The notes beneath the pieces were generated by a model that saw only the letters and a list, made by a program, of their open reading frames with translations, ran no database searches and was not told the origin of the DNA. The translations under genes and the position numbers were made by a program. A stretch of DNA of 64,000 nt from a virus (Duplodnaviria; Heunggongvirae; Uroviricota; Caudoviricetes): the IMG/VR virus record IMGVR_UViG_2778261179_000006, positions 1 to 64,000 of that record; one strand, written 5' to 3'. Positions 21,303 to 32,314 of this stretch are shown piece after piece (the first letter of the stretch is position 1; each line of letters opens with the position of its first letter).

Positions 21303-22334
21303 CTAATCGCCATCTTCCAGCAGGCGCACCATTGCCCCTGTTTCACTATCCAGGTTACGGATATAGTTCATGACAATATTTACGTTGGTCCAGCCACCAG
21401 CTTGCATGATCTCCGGTATTGAAACTCCGGCACGGGCCATATCTCGCGCGGCTCCGACACGGGCACTGTGTCCAGACCAGGCCAGGTACCTCTGGCCAGA
21501 GTCATCCTTAGCCCCGTAAATCAATCGGTGAGTTGCTTCAAAAATCCCTTCCAGGGCGCGAGTTGATAGCTGGCTGGTGGGTGATGGCGAGGCAACACCA
21601 TTTTTTCTGACCCGGCAAAACAAGTAGTTATTCGGATCATCAGCCACACCAGAGACAGAAATCCATCGTTCGACCAGTTTAGTTATCCCCAGGCTAAGTG
21701 CCTTCTCTACACCCGCGGTACTAACCAGCGTTTTCGTTCTGCCAATATGGATTAACATTCTCCCACCGTCTGTACGTGAGATATCTTTAACCCTGATCCT
21801 GGCAATTTCGGCTATACGTAACAGGGTGTTATAAGCGATCCCCAGAAATGCCAGATTACGTATATCCTGGCAGCGATCGCTATTTTCCATGAGTGAACGA
21901 ACCTGGTCGAAATCAGTGCGTTCGAACGCCAATGCCTGTTTTGCACGTTCACCGGCATCAACGTTTTCTTTTCGAATCCGCCGCATGACCAGTGAAACAG
22001 CATTGCTGTCACTTGGTCGTGGCAGCCCGGACCGACGATGAAGCATGTTTAGCTGGCCCAAATGTTGCTGGATAGTTTTTACTGCCAGACCGCGCGCCTG
22101 AAGATATAGAAGATAATCGCGAACATCTTCAGGTTCTGCGGGAAACCACTTCCGGTTATTCAACTTGCACCATGCCGCCCACGACCGGCAAACGGACAGA
22201 AGCATTTTCCAGGTATGCTCAGAAAACGCCTGGCGATCCCTGAACATGTCCATCAGGTTCTTGCGAACCTCATCACTCGTTGCATCGACCGGTAATGCAG
22301 GCAAATTTTGGTGTACGGTCAGTAAATTGGACAT
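21303..22334 (-). CDS. cre: Cre site-specific tyrosine recombinase
   Basis: 343-aa protein starting MSNLLTVHQNLPALPVDATSDEVRKNLMDMFRDRQAFSEHTWKMLLSVCRSWAAWCKLNNRKWFPAEPEDVRDYLLYLQARGLAVKTIQQHLGQLNMLHRRSGLPRPSDSNAVSLVMRRIRKENVDAGERAKQALAFERTDFDQVRSLMENSDRCQDIRNLAFLGIAYNTLLRIAEIARIRVKDISRTDGGRMLIHIGRTKTLVSTAGVEKALSLGITKLVERWISVSGVADDPNNYLFCRVRKNGVASPSPTSQLSTRALEGIFEATHRLIYGAKDDSGQRYLAWSGHSARVGAARDMARAGVSIPEIMQAGGWTNVNIVMNYIRNLDSETGAMVRLLEDGD, recognised as Cre; loxP 420 bp upstream. Confidence 0.97.
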   Translation of the reverse strand: MSNLLTVHQNLPALPVDATSDEVRKNLMDMFRDRQAFSEHTWKMLLSVCRSWAAWCKLNNRKWFPAEPEDVRDYLLYLQARGLAVKTIQQHLGQLNMLHRRSGLPRPSDSNAVSLVMRRIRKENVDAGERAKQALAFERTDFDQVRSLMENSDRCQDIRNLAFLGIAYNTLLRIAEIARIRVKDISRTDGGRMLIHIGRTKTLVSTAGVEKALSLGITKLVERWISVSGVADDPNNYLFCRVRKNGVASPSPTSQLSTRALEGIFEATHRLIYGAKDDSGQRYLAWSGHSARVGAARDMARAGVSIPEIMQAGGWTNVNIVMNYIRNLDSETGAMVRLLEDGD

Positions 22335-22752
22335 TTAACACTCAGATAATAGTTTTAAGTAAAGTGTACAGGATTGGCTCTGCCTTTACCTGTTTATGGT
22401 TCTCGTCATAGAAACGCCAGCGACCGCGCGTGCGTTCTATTTTCTCTTCACCGCGCGATAATGACAGTTGGCAACTATCACGATCAAACCCTTTTGCCCG
22501 CCAGTAACCACGGTTTTTCTCAAGCTCAAGATGAGTGGACACTTTAGCAGCTGAATATCCCATTTTTCACCTCTGATTGATTGGTGGTGCTAAGTGCGCT
22601 ACGCGAAATCTGGAGCACTAACACTGCCAACATTTCGCAGATTTTACGTAGCGCAACCTTGATCAAATGATCAAGTGATCACTATTTGACCTGATAAGGT
22701 ATTGAACTGTATGGATTTACAGGTAAATTGATCATGTTCAATAACCCTTAAG

Positions 22753-22786
22753 ATAACTTCGTATAATGTATGCTATACGAAGTTAT
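22753..22786 (+). other. loxP: loxP recombination site
   Basis: Exact ATAACTTCGTATA-ATGTATGC-TATACGAAGTTAT. Confidence 0.98.
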
Positions 22787-22829
22787 TAGGTCTGAAGAGG
22801 AGTTTACGTCCAGCTGCGCATAAAAATCA

Positions 22830-22846
22830 AGAATTATTAGAGCAAT
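22830..22846 (-). promoter_or_regulatory. C1 operator-like site
   Basis: GAATTATTAGAGCAAT followed by AAATTTT. Confidence 0.6.
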
Positions 22847-22906
22847 AAATTTTGAGAGAAAAATCCCACTCCACCAGCCAAAAACTGGATTGTTTTTCAT
22901 AGTTGT

Positions 22907-22935
22907 TTGACAATTGCTCTAATAAATTATAGTTT
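22907..22935 (+). promoter_or_regulatory. C1-repressible promoter toward coi-c1 (operator within spacer)
   Basis: TTGACA, then ATTGCTCTAATAAATTA (16/17 to operator consensus) as spacer, then TAGTTT. Confidence 0.6.
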
Positions 22936-23167
22936 TGCCGCCGTTTCGTAATACGACTTTGGATTCACTATTTAATGTGTCTTCAGCGTTGTAGAGCGGC
23001 TCAGAAGGAAATGAGCAAACAGGGAAACCTTATACAACGGCATTACAGCTATGCATTGCTCATCTTACACACAGCGCAATGTTGTTAGATTACCCCAGCA
23101 TGGATCATGGGTGAAACAGTAGGTCAGAGCTTCAGGCTCTGTGTTGTCAATACAGTGAGGCATAATT

Positions 23168-23377
23168 ATGGCTTTCATTCCACCAACCATCGACGACGTT
23201 AGACATTGCTCTAACGCTTTATCTGTAGACCCCGCCGAAACCGACGCTGCCCGCGCCATTGCTGAACACTACTCAAAGATATCCAATCAGGAGTACCGCA
23301 TCACCCAAGACGACCTGGATGATCTCACTGACACAATCGAATATCTCATGGCCACTAACCAGCCAGACTCACAATAA
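23168..23377 (+). CDS. coi: Coi, C1 inactivator
   Basis: 69-aa acidic protein directly upstream of c1 on the same strand; size and position match P1 coi. Confidence 0.7.
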   Translation: MAFIPPTIDDVRHCSNALSVDPAETDAARAIAEHYSKISNQEYRITQDDLDDLTDTIEYLMATNQPDSQ

Positions 23378-23394
23378 ATGCACTAATAAATCTA
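23378..23394 (+). promoter_or_regulatory. degenerate C1 operator-like site between coi and c1
   Basis: ATGCACTAATAAATCTA, partial match. Confidence 0.35.
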
Positions 23395-23487
23395 TTATTT
23401 TCGTTGGATCCTTCTATAATGGTGGTCAACAACTCCCAGTGTAATCCGCTGTGAGTTGTTGGCCATGTCAATTCTGGAGGAGGATCA

Positions 23488-24339
23488 ATGATAAATTATG
23501 TCTACGGCGAACAACTGTACCAGGAGTTCGTCAGCTTCAGGGATCTCTTTCTAAAAAAAGCTGTTGCACGCGCCCAACACGTTGATGCCGCCAGCGACGG
23601 TCGTCCTGTTCGCCCGGTTGTCGTTCTGCCGTTCAAAGAAACGGACAGCATTCAGGCTGAAATTGATAAATGGACTTTAATGGCGCGGGAACTGGAACAG
23701 TACCCAGACCTCAATATCCCAAAGACTATTTTATATCCAGTGCCTAACATCCTTCGCGGTGTGCGTAAGGTTACTACTTATCAGACAGAAGCTGTGAACA
23801 GCGTCAACATGACCGCTGGCCGCATTATTCATCTGATTGATAAGGACATTCGCATCCAGAAAAGCGCGGGGATCAATGAGCACAGTGCGAAATACATAGA
23901 GAACCTGGAAGCAACAAAAGAGCTAATGAAGCAGTACCCGGAGGATGAAAAATTCCGTATGCGTGTACACGGCTTTAGCGAAACAATGCTGCGCGTCCAT
24001 TACATTTCCAGTAGCCCTAACTACAATGATGGTAAATCAGTTAGTTACCATGTACCGCTGTGTGGTGTGTTTATCTGCGATGAAACTCTCCGTGATGGAA
24101 TCATCATCAACGGTGAATTCGAGAAAGCAAAATTTAGCCTTTATGACTCTATAGAACCGATCATCTGCGACCGCTGGCCGCAGGCAAAAATATATCGCCT
24201 GGCAGATATTGAAAATGTAAAAAAACAAATTGCCATCACTCGCGAAGAGAAAAAGGTCAAATCAGCCGCATCAGTTACGCGCAGCCGTAAAACTAAGAAG
24301 GGGCAGCCAGTAAACAGCAACCCCGAAAGCGCGCAATAG
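23488..24339 (+). CDS. c1: C1 repressor of lytic functions
   Basis: 283 aa, GGAGG SD; position relative to coi, loxP and pacB and size match P1 C1; many operator motifs in window. Confidence 0.8.
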   Translation: MINYVYGEQLYQEFVSFRDLFLKKAVARAQHVDAASDGRPVRPVVVLPFKETDSIQAEIDKWTLMARELEQYPDLNIPKTILYPVPNILRGVRKVTTYQTEAVNSVNMTAGRIIHLIDKDIRIQKSAGINEHSAKYIENLEATKELMKQYPEDEKFRMRVHGFSETMLRVHYISSSPNYNDGKSVSYHVPLCGVFICDETLRDGIIINGEFEKAKFSLYDSIEPIICDRWPQAKIYRLADIENVKKQIAITREEKKVKSAASVTRSRKTKKGQPVNSNPESAQ

Positions 24340-24363
24340 TTTCCATCCGGCATGGTTAATGAG

Positions 24364-25848
24364 TTATTCATTAAGCCATGCCAGAGCTTCATCAACCTGC
24401 GCTTCGTCTTCGACGCTAAGCACTTCATCTTGGGGAACATAGTTCGCCAACATAGCGAAACAATATGTATCCCAATGGTCCGGTGAGTGCAGGTTGAGTT
24501 TTTTCTTCATATCTTCCTTTGACATCACCTTCCATTGACCTGCGGAATTTATCCCTACCGGTATCTTTGATGCTTCCTCTATAGTCGCAGCCCCCTTATC
24601 AAGCCTCATACGCCCTGATTTTACAGCTTCTGCCGCCTGAATATTCGCGAAAGCGCGCATATCGAAATAAAGGCTTTTATCTTCACGGCTGTGCATCTTT
24701 TTACCCCAGCGGATACGCTGGACGGTAATGCCATAGCGTTCGTACATTAGATCAGCCGTCGATTTCCCCAAGCCATCGCCATCAATAGCTATGGTTATGT
24801 TCGGGAACCGTTCTGGGTTACATTCTGCGAAAATCTTGGCGGCTAACTGCGTTTCTGTAACGTCTGTGTATTCCAGCATACGATAGTTGATTACACGGCG
24901 TTTATTTCGCTGGCCGGACACCATCATGATATTAATAACGGACTTATCTCGTCCTGTGCCACCAGCAACGTCAACACATGCAACCCAGCCCCATCCTTTG
25001 GCAATCTTGACCTTTCGCCGCGTCGCCCGCTCAACCTCATCACGACCAAGAAGAAAGCCATCTTGAGATTTGGGAAATTCACCACGTACTTTGATCATGT
25101 ACATGGGGTTATCACGACCGCCATACTCTGCAAGTTTTGCTCGTATAAATTTTGCATCTACAAGCGGAGATTCTTCACTATTCAGTATTATCGCAGTAAA
25201 CAATCCATCAGGATTTCCCGGGCGAATAGCTAGTCTGTGGTGTGAATCGTAGAAATAGCCTGAAGGTCGCGTAGGCTGGGAAAGAAGCAGAATACGGTTA
25301 TCCTTACCGGTCAGCGCACCTGTTATCACACTGAATGCTTTATCACTCACACCCGACGCTTCGTCGATGATATACAAGAGATGATCGGCGTGTTCACCAG
25401 CCAACGCCTCCTCATTTCCGGGGCGACAGGACTTTATCAATATTGTCCAAACACCCTTGCCAGTCACCTCAAAAAAAGACGTTTCTGTAAGAATGAAATA
25501 CTTCGACAACCACGGGAATCTGCTAACAGCAGTAGCCCAATTGCTCTTTATGTATTTGAAAATACCATCAAGGACTTGCTGTCTTTTGTTAGCGACCAGA
25601 ATGACGCGAGCGCCGGGGAAAAACATGATGAAGAGTATTGCAATGATACTCGTCATATCCGATTTACCAGTACCATGGCCGGAGGTCACACTTGTCCAAC
25701 TGCCGTCCTGCTGCGTGGACTCAATGATCTCATCCTGCTGCCAGGTTGGTGTCTTCCCAAACAACACATCAGCGGCCGCAATCCAGTCATAACGATATAG
25801 CGCCACCAGCTCGCGCCAACGTGGGTCCGTTACGCAACTTCTGGCCAT
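24364..25848 (-). CDS. pacB: terminase large subunit
   Basis: 494 aa; Walker A-like SGHGTGKS; start overlaps pacA stop. Confidence 0.8.
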
Positions 25849-27041
25849 TAATCATCATCCCCGTACAGTTTGCGGGTAACTTCTTCGTCTTCCTCCTCGT
25901 CTTCGTCCAGATCCTGTTCAAGCCATGCTTCGTTTGATATGCCTTCCGCATCGACATCACCATAACCACCCGTATCGACGATATCGGCAATTTCTTCTCT
26001 ACGATGCTCAATCCACAATGCCGCATCAGCGCGGCGGCTGGCGGCCCGTTCTCGCGCGATTTTATCCAGATCTTCAAGTGATGGAGCGCCAGATGCTGTT
26101 TGGTTTTCCTCATCATCGGTATTGGTCTTAGGAGCACGCAGATCGGCTTTGATTTGCTCCAGCATCAGGGGCGGCACTTTTCCTCCATGCGCCTCGATGA
26201 ATTCAGCCGCTTCCAGCACTGACCAGTTATTTTCACGCTTTCGTTCGTATGCCAGCTTAACAATGCCAGCTTGCCCCATAGATAAAGCGTGCTTTTCCGC
26301 CTCCCGGCTTTCTTTTCGATAGTTATTCCGGATGCTGTAAATGGTGTTGATCAGGCTGCTTATCTGCGCGGAACAGCTGTTTAGCATGCTCGCGATACGG
26401 TATTCAGGCGGAGTACCTTCATCATCGTCTTTTTGCTGATCGCGCATTTCCTGCACCAGGCGAATACACGTATCCCTGGCGTTCTCCAGCATAAGGAGAT
26501 GAGAAAGAGACTTTTCCAGAAGAGTGGTTTCCAGAACATCGGCCCCGGACCGACGCAACATAGCGCGCGCGGCCTTCCGCGCTTCAACGTTATCTATCAG
26601 GTAATCGCCAGCTTCGAATTCAAAGCGTTCACCATCATCATCCAGGGTGTCGCGTTCCAGGCGATCACGTAAGGTCCGGTGGGCGCGGGTGATCACGTCA
26701 TGATCATCTGAACGATCATTTATGCGCTTATTTTGGCGCTTCGCATTCTCGACTGCGGCACTGATAACGGCATTAACTCTTTGTTTTTCCGCTGTTTCAG
26801 CCGCAATGTGATCACCTGCATGTTGATCATTAGAGTGATCAATGATCATGCTTTTTAGAGGCTTCCTGACTGGCTTATTTGGCTTGCGGCTGTCCGCTGT
26901 CCTGGTGTCTTCTTTGAAGGCACGGAGATAACGACGTGCGGTATTAGGGTTAAGATTAAACTCGGCGGCATACTGTGCGATGGTGTAACCACCATCTCGC
27001 GCCAGGCGAGCAAAATTCTTCTTGTGATCGTCCCAGGTCAC
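25848..27041 (-). CDS. pacA: terminase small subunit / pac-recognition protein
   Basis: 397 aa; acidic C-terminus; contains the pac hexamer cluster. Confidence 0.8.
26660..26850. other. pac: pac packaging site (clustered TGATCA/G hexamers with Dam GATC)
   Basis: GATCACG, TGATCACG, TGATCA, CGATCA on one side and GTGATCA, TGATCA, GTGATCA, TGATCA on the other, about 100 bp apart. Confidence 0.75.
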
Positions 27042-27126
27042 TTATGCTTCCTTTCGTAAAAACTCTTTTTGACGCGAGGGTAACGAAAGTCACATGTCAA
27101 AAGGCCCGGAACGGGCAAGCAATCAA

Positions 27127-27579
27127 TCAGATACGTGCGGATGTGGCATTACCGTAATGACGGTGCTGACGGGCTACCTTATTGAAAAGTTGACGCGCCA
27201 TTACCCAAGGCTGGTGTTCCCGGCGTTCCTTTTCGTCCTGCGTCATATAGAGTTCGTTCTGGAGTTTTTCATCAAACCGGCGCGGCGCGCGGCTGCGGCG
27301 AAAGAATTCAGGATTCAGAGAGTGGATCTGAAATCTACGTGGGCGTGTACTGTCATCAATCAAAACAGACGAATACTTAGACACAGCGATAGCCTTTAAG
27401 CGCAGATAAACATCGCGCTTATCGACATCCAGATGCGGGTATTCCTTTTCAAGAATTGCTGCGAGTTCTTTCGCTGATAGAAGAGATTTAGTGCGGATCA
27501 TGTAATCCGCAATCTCGTACGATGTTATTCGTGAGTGATTTATTTCCATGAAGTGGCGTCCCTGCCAGTTAAGTAACAT
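27127..27579 (-). CDS. lpa: late promoter activator-like protein
   Basis: 150-aa ORF upstream of pacA with a C1 operator-like site upstream; name from synteny. Confidence 0.45.
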   Translation of the reverse strand: MLLNWQGRHFMEINHSRITSYEIADYMIRTKSLLSAKELAAILEKEYPHLDVDKRDVYLRLKAIAVSKYSSVLIDDSTRPRRFQIHSLNPEFFRRSRAPRRFDEKLQNELYMTQDEKERREHQPWVMARQLFNKVARQHRHYGNATSARI

Positions 27580-27649
27580 CCTGTCACCTACTGATTAGCC
27601 CATGTCAACTAATCAACGTCGAATATAATACCCTCGATTAAAGAAATAG

Positions 27650-27666
27650 CAATACATTAGAGCAAT
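27650..27666 (-). promoter_or_regulatory. C1 operator-like site upstream of lpa
   Basis: AATACATTAGAGCAAT. Confidence 0.5.
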
Positions 27667-27667
27667 T

Positions 27668-28711
27668 TTATCTAACGCTCGACGAGTGACTTGTGATAGC
27701 GCCGACTCCAAGCGCGTAATCAAAGAACAATCGTTGATGCATCGCCAGCCTACCGTGCGTCTTCTCCCAATTATCGCGGTCACGCTCAATATCACGCTGG
27801 CATGACTGGCACAGAGGAATAGCATAAATGTCATGCGCGCATAATCGACTATGACGAACGATATAAGGCGTAATGTGAGCGCCAGCTCCCGCAGCCCCAC
27901 AGCCACAGCATGGACGGGAAGCCACAAAGTCCATGTACTCGGGCAATTTTAGCGATTGAAGTTTTGGTATTTTGAAATGCGCCATACCTGGGTCGGAGTC
28001 AACATCCACAGGGCATACTTTTGCACGCATCGGCGCGGCGCGTTCTTCCATCATCTGAACATATGCTGTAGCGCGATCGTCATACGGGCGAATATCCGCC
28101 TCTTTCAGAGGTCCGCTATCCTGCGGAGTAGCCTTCATCTTATTTATTGATATGCGGCAGACTTCTTCCGGCATCAGGTGCATCATGTTGCGCATGAAAG
28201 CCCACCAGCACAGCTCCTGAATACTTAAATCATGGCTATTTGAAAGGCCCATTTCCTGACGGGCGACATCCAGTATCCAGTTAACGCGATTATTGTGCAG
28301 CGTTTCTTTCAGCTCATTAAAACCACGCATCCGGTAATGGTTATCGTGATGCCAGCACAACAACACCGCGCTATTGTCTCGTTCTGCGTGGACAATATGG
28401 TTGTCACACCAGCTACGATCTGCGGCCTGGCATTGCCCCTCTTTCCTGCGCAACCACGCCACCAGCGCGTCAATTCCACCAATACGGCGAAACAGTTCAT
28501 CGCTGTTAAAAAACGGCTGCAACGCCTCATTTGTTGCCATAGTTTGCTCGGAAACAACGAGGCCGTCGTCCATGTGCTCGATTAACTCACGCGGCACCGG
28601 CTCCATAATAAATTTACGGCCAGCCTCCACCAGCTTTCTGACTTCCTGATCCACTTTGAATGTGGCGACGCCAAGCTCTTTTTGTACAAAGGGAGTAATT
28701 ACGGCTTTCAC
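27668..28711 (-). CDS. hypothetical Cys-rich protein (pdcB-like, downstream of doc)
   Basis: 347 aa; C-terminal CCGCG...CQSCQ cysteine cluster; follows the phd-doc operon. Confidence 0.4.
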   Translation of the reverse strand: MKAVITPFVQKELGVATFKVDQEVRKLVEAGRKFIMEPVPRELIEHMDDGLVVSEQTMATNEALQPFFNSDELFRRIGGIDALVAWLRRKEGQCQAADRSWCDNHIVHAERDNSAVLLCWHHDNHYRMRGFNELKETLHNNRVNWILDVARQEMGLSNSHDLSIQELCWWAFMRNMMHLMPEEVCRISINKMKATPQDSGPLKEADIRPYDDRATAYVQMMEERAAPMRAKVCPVDVDSDPGMAHFKIPKLQSLKLPEYMDFVASRPCCGCGAAGAGAHITPYIVRHSRLCAHDIYAIPLCQSCQRDIERDRDNWEKTHGRLAMHQRLFFDYALGVGAITSHSSSVR

Positions 28712-28738
28712 ATCACACCTTTCATCACTGATTGGGCT

Positions 28739-28939
28739 TTATCTGCTGCCCGGCATTCTCTGTTTAAGCACAACCATTTCCTGACGGCATAACACAGCAA
28801 TAGCGGTCCTGGCACCAATTTGCTTACCAACCAGGTATTGCTTTACCTTGCGGCGACTCACGCCATCAAGAAGCATCTTTAACGCTTCACGGGACAATTT
28901 GTTGTATTTGCGTGCCATTAATCTACTCCGCAGAACCAT
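28739..28939 (-). CDS. small basic protein downstream of doc
   Basis: 66-aa ORF overlapping the doc 3' end by 17 nt. Confidence 0.3.
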
Positions 28940-29303
28940 ACAATCTACGTAACGTGTCGGCGACAGAAGATACAGATATCTCGCCAGTTGCAGCGCCTAC
29001 AGTAAGGTCTGCCAGTTCAGGTGAATCAAATACCTGCACCCCGTTACGGCGTAGAAATAGCAGCGCACTGTTTAGCGCAGTACGCTTATTGGCATCATTG
29101 AATATATGCCCTCTCGCTGTAGCCACCAGGTAGGTGGCGGAGACTTCGAAAAGGTCGGTGATCTCTTCGTAGGCAACTCTGGCCTGAACTCTCCCGATAA
29201 TGGCCTCTGCCCTACCCGGATCTGACATTCCCGGCAGGCCGCCGTAGCGGCTTATATTCGCATCATGAAGCGCAATAAGTTCTTCCGGTGATATATGCCT
29301 CAT
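28923..29303 (-). CDS. doc: Doc toxin (Fic-family kinase)
   Basis: 126 aa; Fic motif [11 protein letters not shown]. Confidence 0.9.
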
Positions 29304-29524
29304 TATCGGTTAACCAGTTCCTTGTTGGTGGAGTCCAGGGTGTCAAACAGGGATGCAAATTCAGCATCCAGCGCCGCTTTTTTGTAGGCTTCGAAAGTAG
29401 CCTTGCTGACAATTACTGCTGGCTCACGGCCTCTGCGGGTGATTTCAACCTCTTCCCCGGCTTCAACATTGTTGAGCACTTCAGAAAGGTTGCCGCGCGC
29501 GGTACGGAAGTTAATGGATTGCAT
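29303..29524 (-). CDS. phd: Phd antitoxin
   Basis: 73 aa starting [73 protein letters not shown]; stop overlaps doc start by 1 nt. Confidence 0.9.
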
Positions 29525-29596
29525 AAACACCTCGTGTACTCGTTATGTGTACACAATTATAAACTTCACAGGCATAAAGCACCAGCACTTTGCAGC

Positions 29597-29986
29597 TTAA
29601 ATAACCGGACAATCATCAAATTCCCCACTTCGGGCATCATTGATGACATGAGTGATCACACCAAAAACAGCATTACTGCCCGTGTATCCATCGTCATCTA
29701 CTGGTAACGCCTCTTTCTTCCCGGTGCTTAAGTCCTCCAGGTGCTGGCGCGGATACTTCCTGTATCTCTTTATGCGATATTCACCCTCCATAGCGCACAC
29801 AAGCAGAGAACCATCAACCGGAGTAAGCGAGGAATCAACCACCAGCAAAGCACCCTGCAATATTCCCTCACGGTGATGGCTATCAGCTGCCCGCATGAAG
29901 TAGGTCGCTGAAGGATGTCTAATTATCTGCTGATCAAGAGAAATTCGGCTTTCAACATAATCCGCCGCAGGAGAAGGGAAGCCCAT
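29597..29986 (-). CDS. humD: UmuD-like SOS mutagenesis protein
   Basis: 129 aa, peptidase S24/UmuD-like C-terminal domain; LexA box immediately upstream. Confidence 0.7.
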   Translation of the reverse strand: MGFPSPAADYVESRISLDQQIIRHPSATYFMRAADSHHREGILQGALLVVDSSLTPVDGSLLVCAMEGEYRIKRYRKYPRQHLEDLSTGKKEALPVDDDGYTGSNAVFGVITHVINDARSGEFDDCPVI

Positions 29987-30006
29987 AGCGTTTTACCTCA
30001 ATGATA

Positions 30007-30022
30007 CTGTTTATTCATACAG
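30007..30022. promoter_or_regulatory. LexA (SOS) box
   Basis: CTGTTTATTCATACAG fits CTGT-N8-ACAG. Confidence 0.75.
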
Positions 30023-30109
30023 TATACATTGAAAAGGCATAGTTTGTGAAAGCGGGGTTTGTAGGCGCGCCACGCTGGGGGCTAATCACATTTCTCCCCC
30101 ATCTTGCCG

Positions 30110-30382
30110 TTATTTTTTTGGTGCATCCTCGTTCTGATACACCGGATCGCTCCCTTTTGGCAACCGGAGGTTTAACTGCCGATAGTGCCGTAACCGTTCC
30201 ATGAAATAGGTGCGCAGATTCTCTGGTTGCTCGCGGGCTACCTGTTCAGCTATGACAGGTATGTTCAATCGCTCTTTGTACGCCACACCGCTGGCAGCCA
30301 GATCAACGTTAACCTTATCCCGTTCTTCCTGACTTTTAGCTGCAATATTCCAATCGTGCATATCAAATCCCATCCAGAACAA
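30110..30382 (-). CDS. hot: Hot, homologue of DNA polymerase III theta subunit
   Basis: [43 protein letters not shown] resembles HolE/theta; real start probably the internal ATG at 30361. Confidence 0.7.
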   Translation of the reverse strand: MFWMGFDMHDWNIAAKSQEERDKVNVDLAASGVAYKERLNIPVIAEQVAREQPENLRTYFMERLRHYRQLNLRLPKGSDPVYQNEDAPKK

Positions 30383-30810
30383 TTGCGTAACGACTATTAT
30401 TTAACCAGCAAAGTAACTTTTAATTTTTTTTCTTTTCCCATTGATTTTTGTGCACAGCTTATCTGCCTTGCCGTGCACAGAATCAACTTTTTTCTTCCTG
30501 ATTTATCCACAAAGTTATGCACTTGCAAGAGGGCCATTTTCTAAATATTGTGATGTTTCACAAATGAAATGAATTTTGATTAATGAAGATAAGGAGAAAA
30601 TTTGAGATGCAATCATGACGTTAATAGATAGGGTCTGCATTACAGACCCCATCCGCATCAAGGAATTAGCCGTTCCCTGATGTTGTTCCGAAAACATGTG
30701 CCGTAAGCTCACGTTAACGACTTTCTTTCACCGAATCCAACTATATAGGGGTTGGGTTTCTACGTCAACGTGAGCAAGTGCTCCTTTACATTTGACAAGG
30801 AACCACCTTA

Positions 30811-30948
30811 ATGACTGCTTTTTTTCAGTTCCTGAGTGCATTTTTAGATGCGCCTGTTATTAGCCAGATTCTGGCGATCATCCTCATCATCGTTTTGATT
30901 TTGCTTTTAAGGTCAGTAAAAAATGGAATTATGCACTGGCTTACTTAA
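30811..30948 (+). CDS. candidate 45-aa single-pass membrane peptide
   Basis: ATG with AAGGAA SD 8 nt upstream; MTAFFQFLSAFLDAPVISQILAIILIIVLILLLRSVKNGIMHWLT; too short for the ORF track. Confidence 0.3.
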   Translation: MTAFFQFLSAFLDAPVISQILAIILIIVLILLLRSVKNGIMHWLT

Positions 30949-31022
30949 TGTTCAGTGAAACATTAAAATCTCCTTGATGTGGAAACAATCATTTTCTGTA
31001 TGTGCTGGTGGGTACCTGTAGT

Positions 31023-31385
31023 TCAGCTTTCGTTGGCATTTAACTTCGTCTTTGCTTTCTCCACCAGCAACTTCCAGATGCCTATTTCATTAGCAGCCGC
31101 CTTGATGGCGGCATAAAAAGCATCTTGCTGATCGTAACGCTGAATCTGTTTTTTCAGTTTTGCCTCCACCAATTTAATTTCATTACGTGCTTTCTGAAGC
31201 CGCAGCGCCGCCCGGTTACGTCTGTTCTTGTATAGCGCGTTAATCTCTGATAATTGCTTTAATTTACCAGCCTGACTGCGGATTATCGCCTCTCTGACTT
31301 CTGCCGTGCGTCTCATCTGATCTCTTAAGAGTTCACCGTTTTCGATAATTCTTTCAAGGTGTTTGATGTGATCTGCAACTCTCAT
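31023..31385 (-). CDS. hypothetical coiled-coil protein
   Basis: 120-aa ORF, start of a long minus-strand operon. Confidence 0.4.
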   Translation of the reverse strand: MRVADHIKHLERIIENGELLRDQMRRTAEVREAIIRSQAGKLKQLSEINALYKNRRNRAALRLQKARNEIKLVEAKLKKQIQRYDQQDAFYAAIKAAANEIGIWKLLVEKAKTKLNANES

Positions 31386-32314
31386 ACTTCACCCTCGCTT
31401 GTATCGCCAGCATCCACCAGCGGCAATAAAGCCCTGGCCATCTTATGAACCAATAGTGCATCAATAATGCCAAGCGTATGCCCCGGCTTAATGTTTAATG
31501 CCGCCTCAAGGTGACACCTTTCCAGGCCACTTTTCTCGGCTTGTTTATGATGATCTGGTGTAATAACGTCGCCCAAAACACGGCTAATTCTTTCTCGTAA
31601 TTGCTGGGTGCCAGCACACTTGATCGCTGTATCGTGGAGACGGTTAACCAGTTCGCGATAAACATGCGGCTTAATTCGGATACGTTCACCGGTGACGCCC
31701 TTTCCTGGTGCTGGCACCGAACTATCCGGAATGTCCGGATAGTTGCCAGCCTCGTAAGCTACCCGCAGCCAGTGCATGAATGTTTCAGTGGACACACAAC
31801 CACAGTCCACATCGATTTTCCCGCGTTGCTGTTCCAGCCATTGCCCAAAATCCAACCTGTAAGTCTTACTTTCAAGTTCATCACCATTGAACTCGACTTT
31901 CTGCGACGCTATGAGAGCTGATTCGTATTGTTCGCGAGTGACAACTGACTGGTATTCATCGCTATCAAGGTCACCAATTGGAAGCTCAATCTCACAACAA
32001 AAATTGCGCCCAAAGAAAGTGTCTTTTTTGTGGTCTGAGCCAAAAGCAAAAGTCGCGCATGGTGCCATTAAATTGACACTGGGTAGGTAACAATAACTCA
32101 TTCCATCAGGCCACCCGCCGCACTTAGGCAGCTCCTTCACTAACAAGTCGATAAGCTTCATTTTTTTATCATCTTTGCAAGCCGCCAAAGCCATTTGGGC
32201 AAGTGCCAATACTTCATCTGCCGTATATCCAGCACCGTGACCATACATTTCGATACGGGAAATAATCTCTGATATACGCTCTTCAGTGATTCTGGTCATT
32301 TCTTTTTGCGCCAT
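31382..32314 (-). CDS. hypothetical protein
   Basis: 310-aa ORF, 4-nt overlap with downstream gene. Confidence 0.45.
   Translation of the reverse strand: MAQKEMTRITEERISEIISRIEMYGHGAGYTADEVLALAQMALAACKDDKKMKLIDLLVKELPKCGGWPDGMSYCYLPSVNLMAPCATFAFGSDHKKDTFFGRNFCCEIELPIGDLDSDEYQSVVTREQYESALIASQKVEFNGDELESKTYRLDFGQWLEQQRGKIDVDCGCVSTETFMHWLRVAYEAGNYPDIPDSSVPAPGKGVTGERIRIKPHVYRELVNRLHDTAIKCAGTQQLRERISRVLGDVITPDHHKQAEKSGLERCHLEAALNIKPGHTLGIIDALLVHKMARALLPLVDAGDTSEGEV

Noticed and set aside
22342-22563. 73-codon minus-strand ORF between cre and loxP
   Set aside because: Lies in the roughly 400-bp cre promoter region with clustered GATC sites (about 22660-22700); the peptide is low-complexity and there is no obvious SD.
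23259-23444. 61-codon ORF between coi and c1
   Set aside because: Overlaps the 3' end of coi in another frame and the c1 regulatory region; more likely operator/promoter DNA than coding.
30110-30382. A separate lxr gene expected between hot and humD
   Set aside because: Only about 120 bp separate the two genes, occupied by the LexA box and humD promoter; I could not support a distinct gene there.
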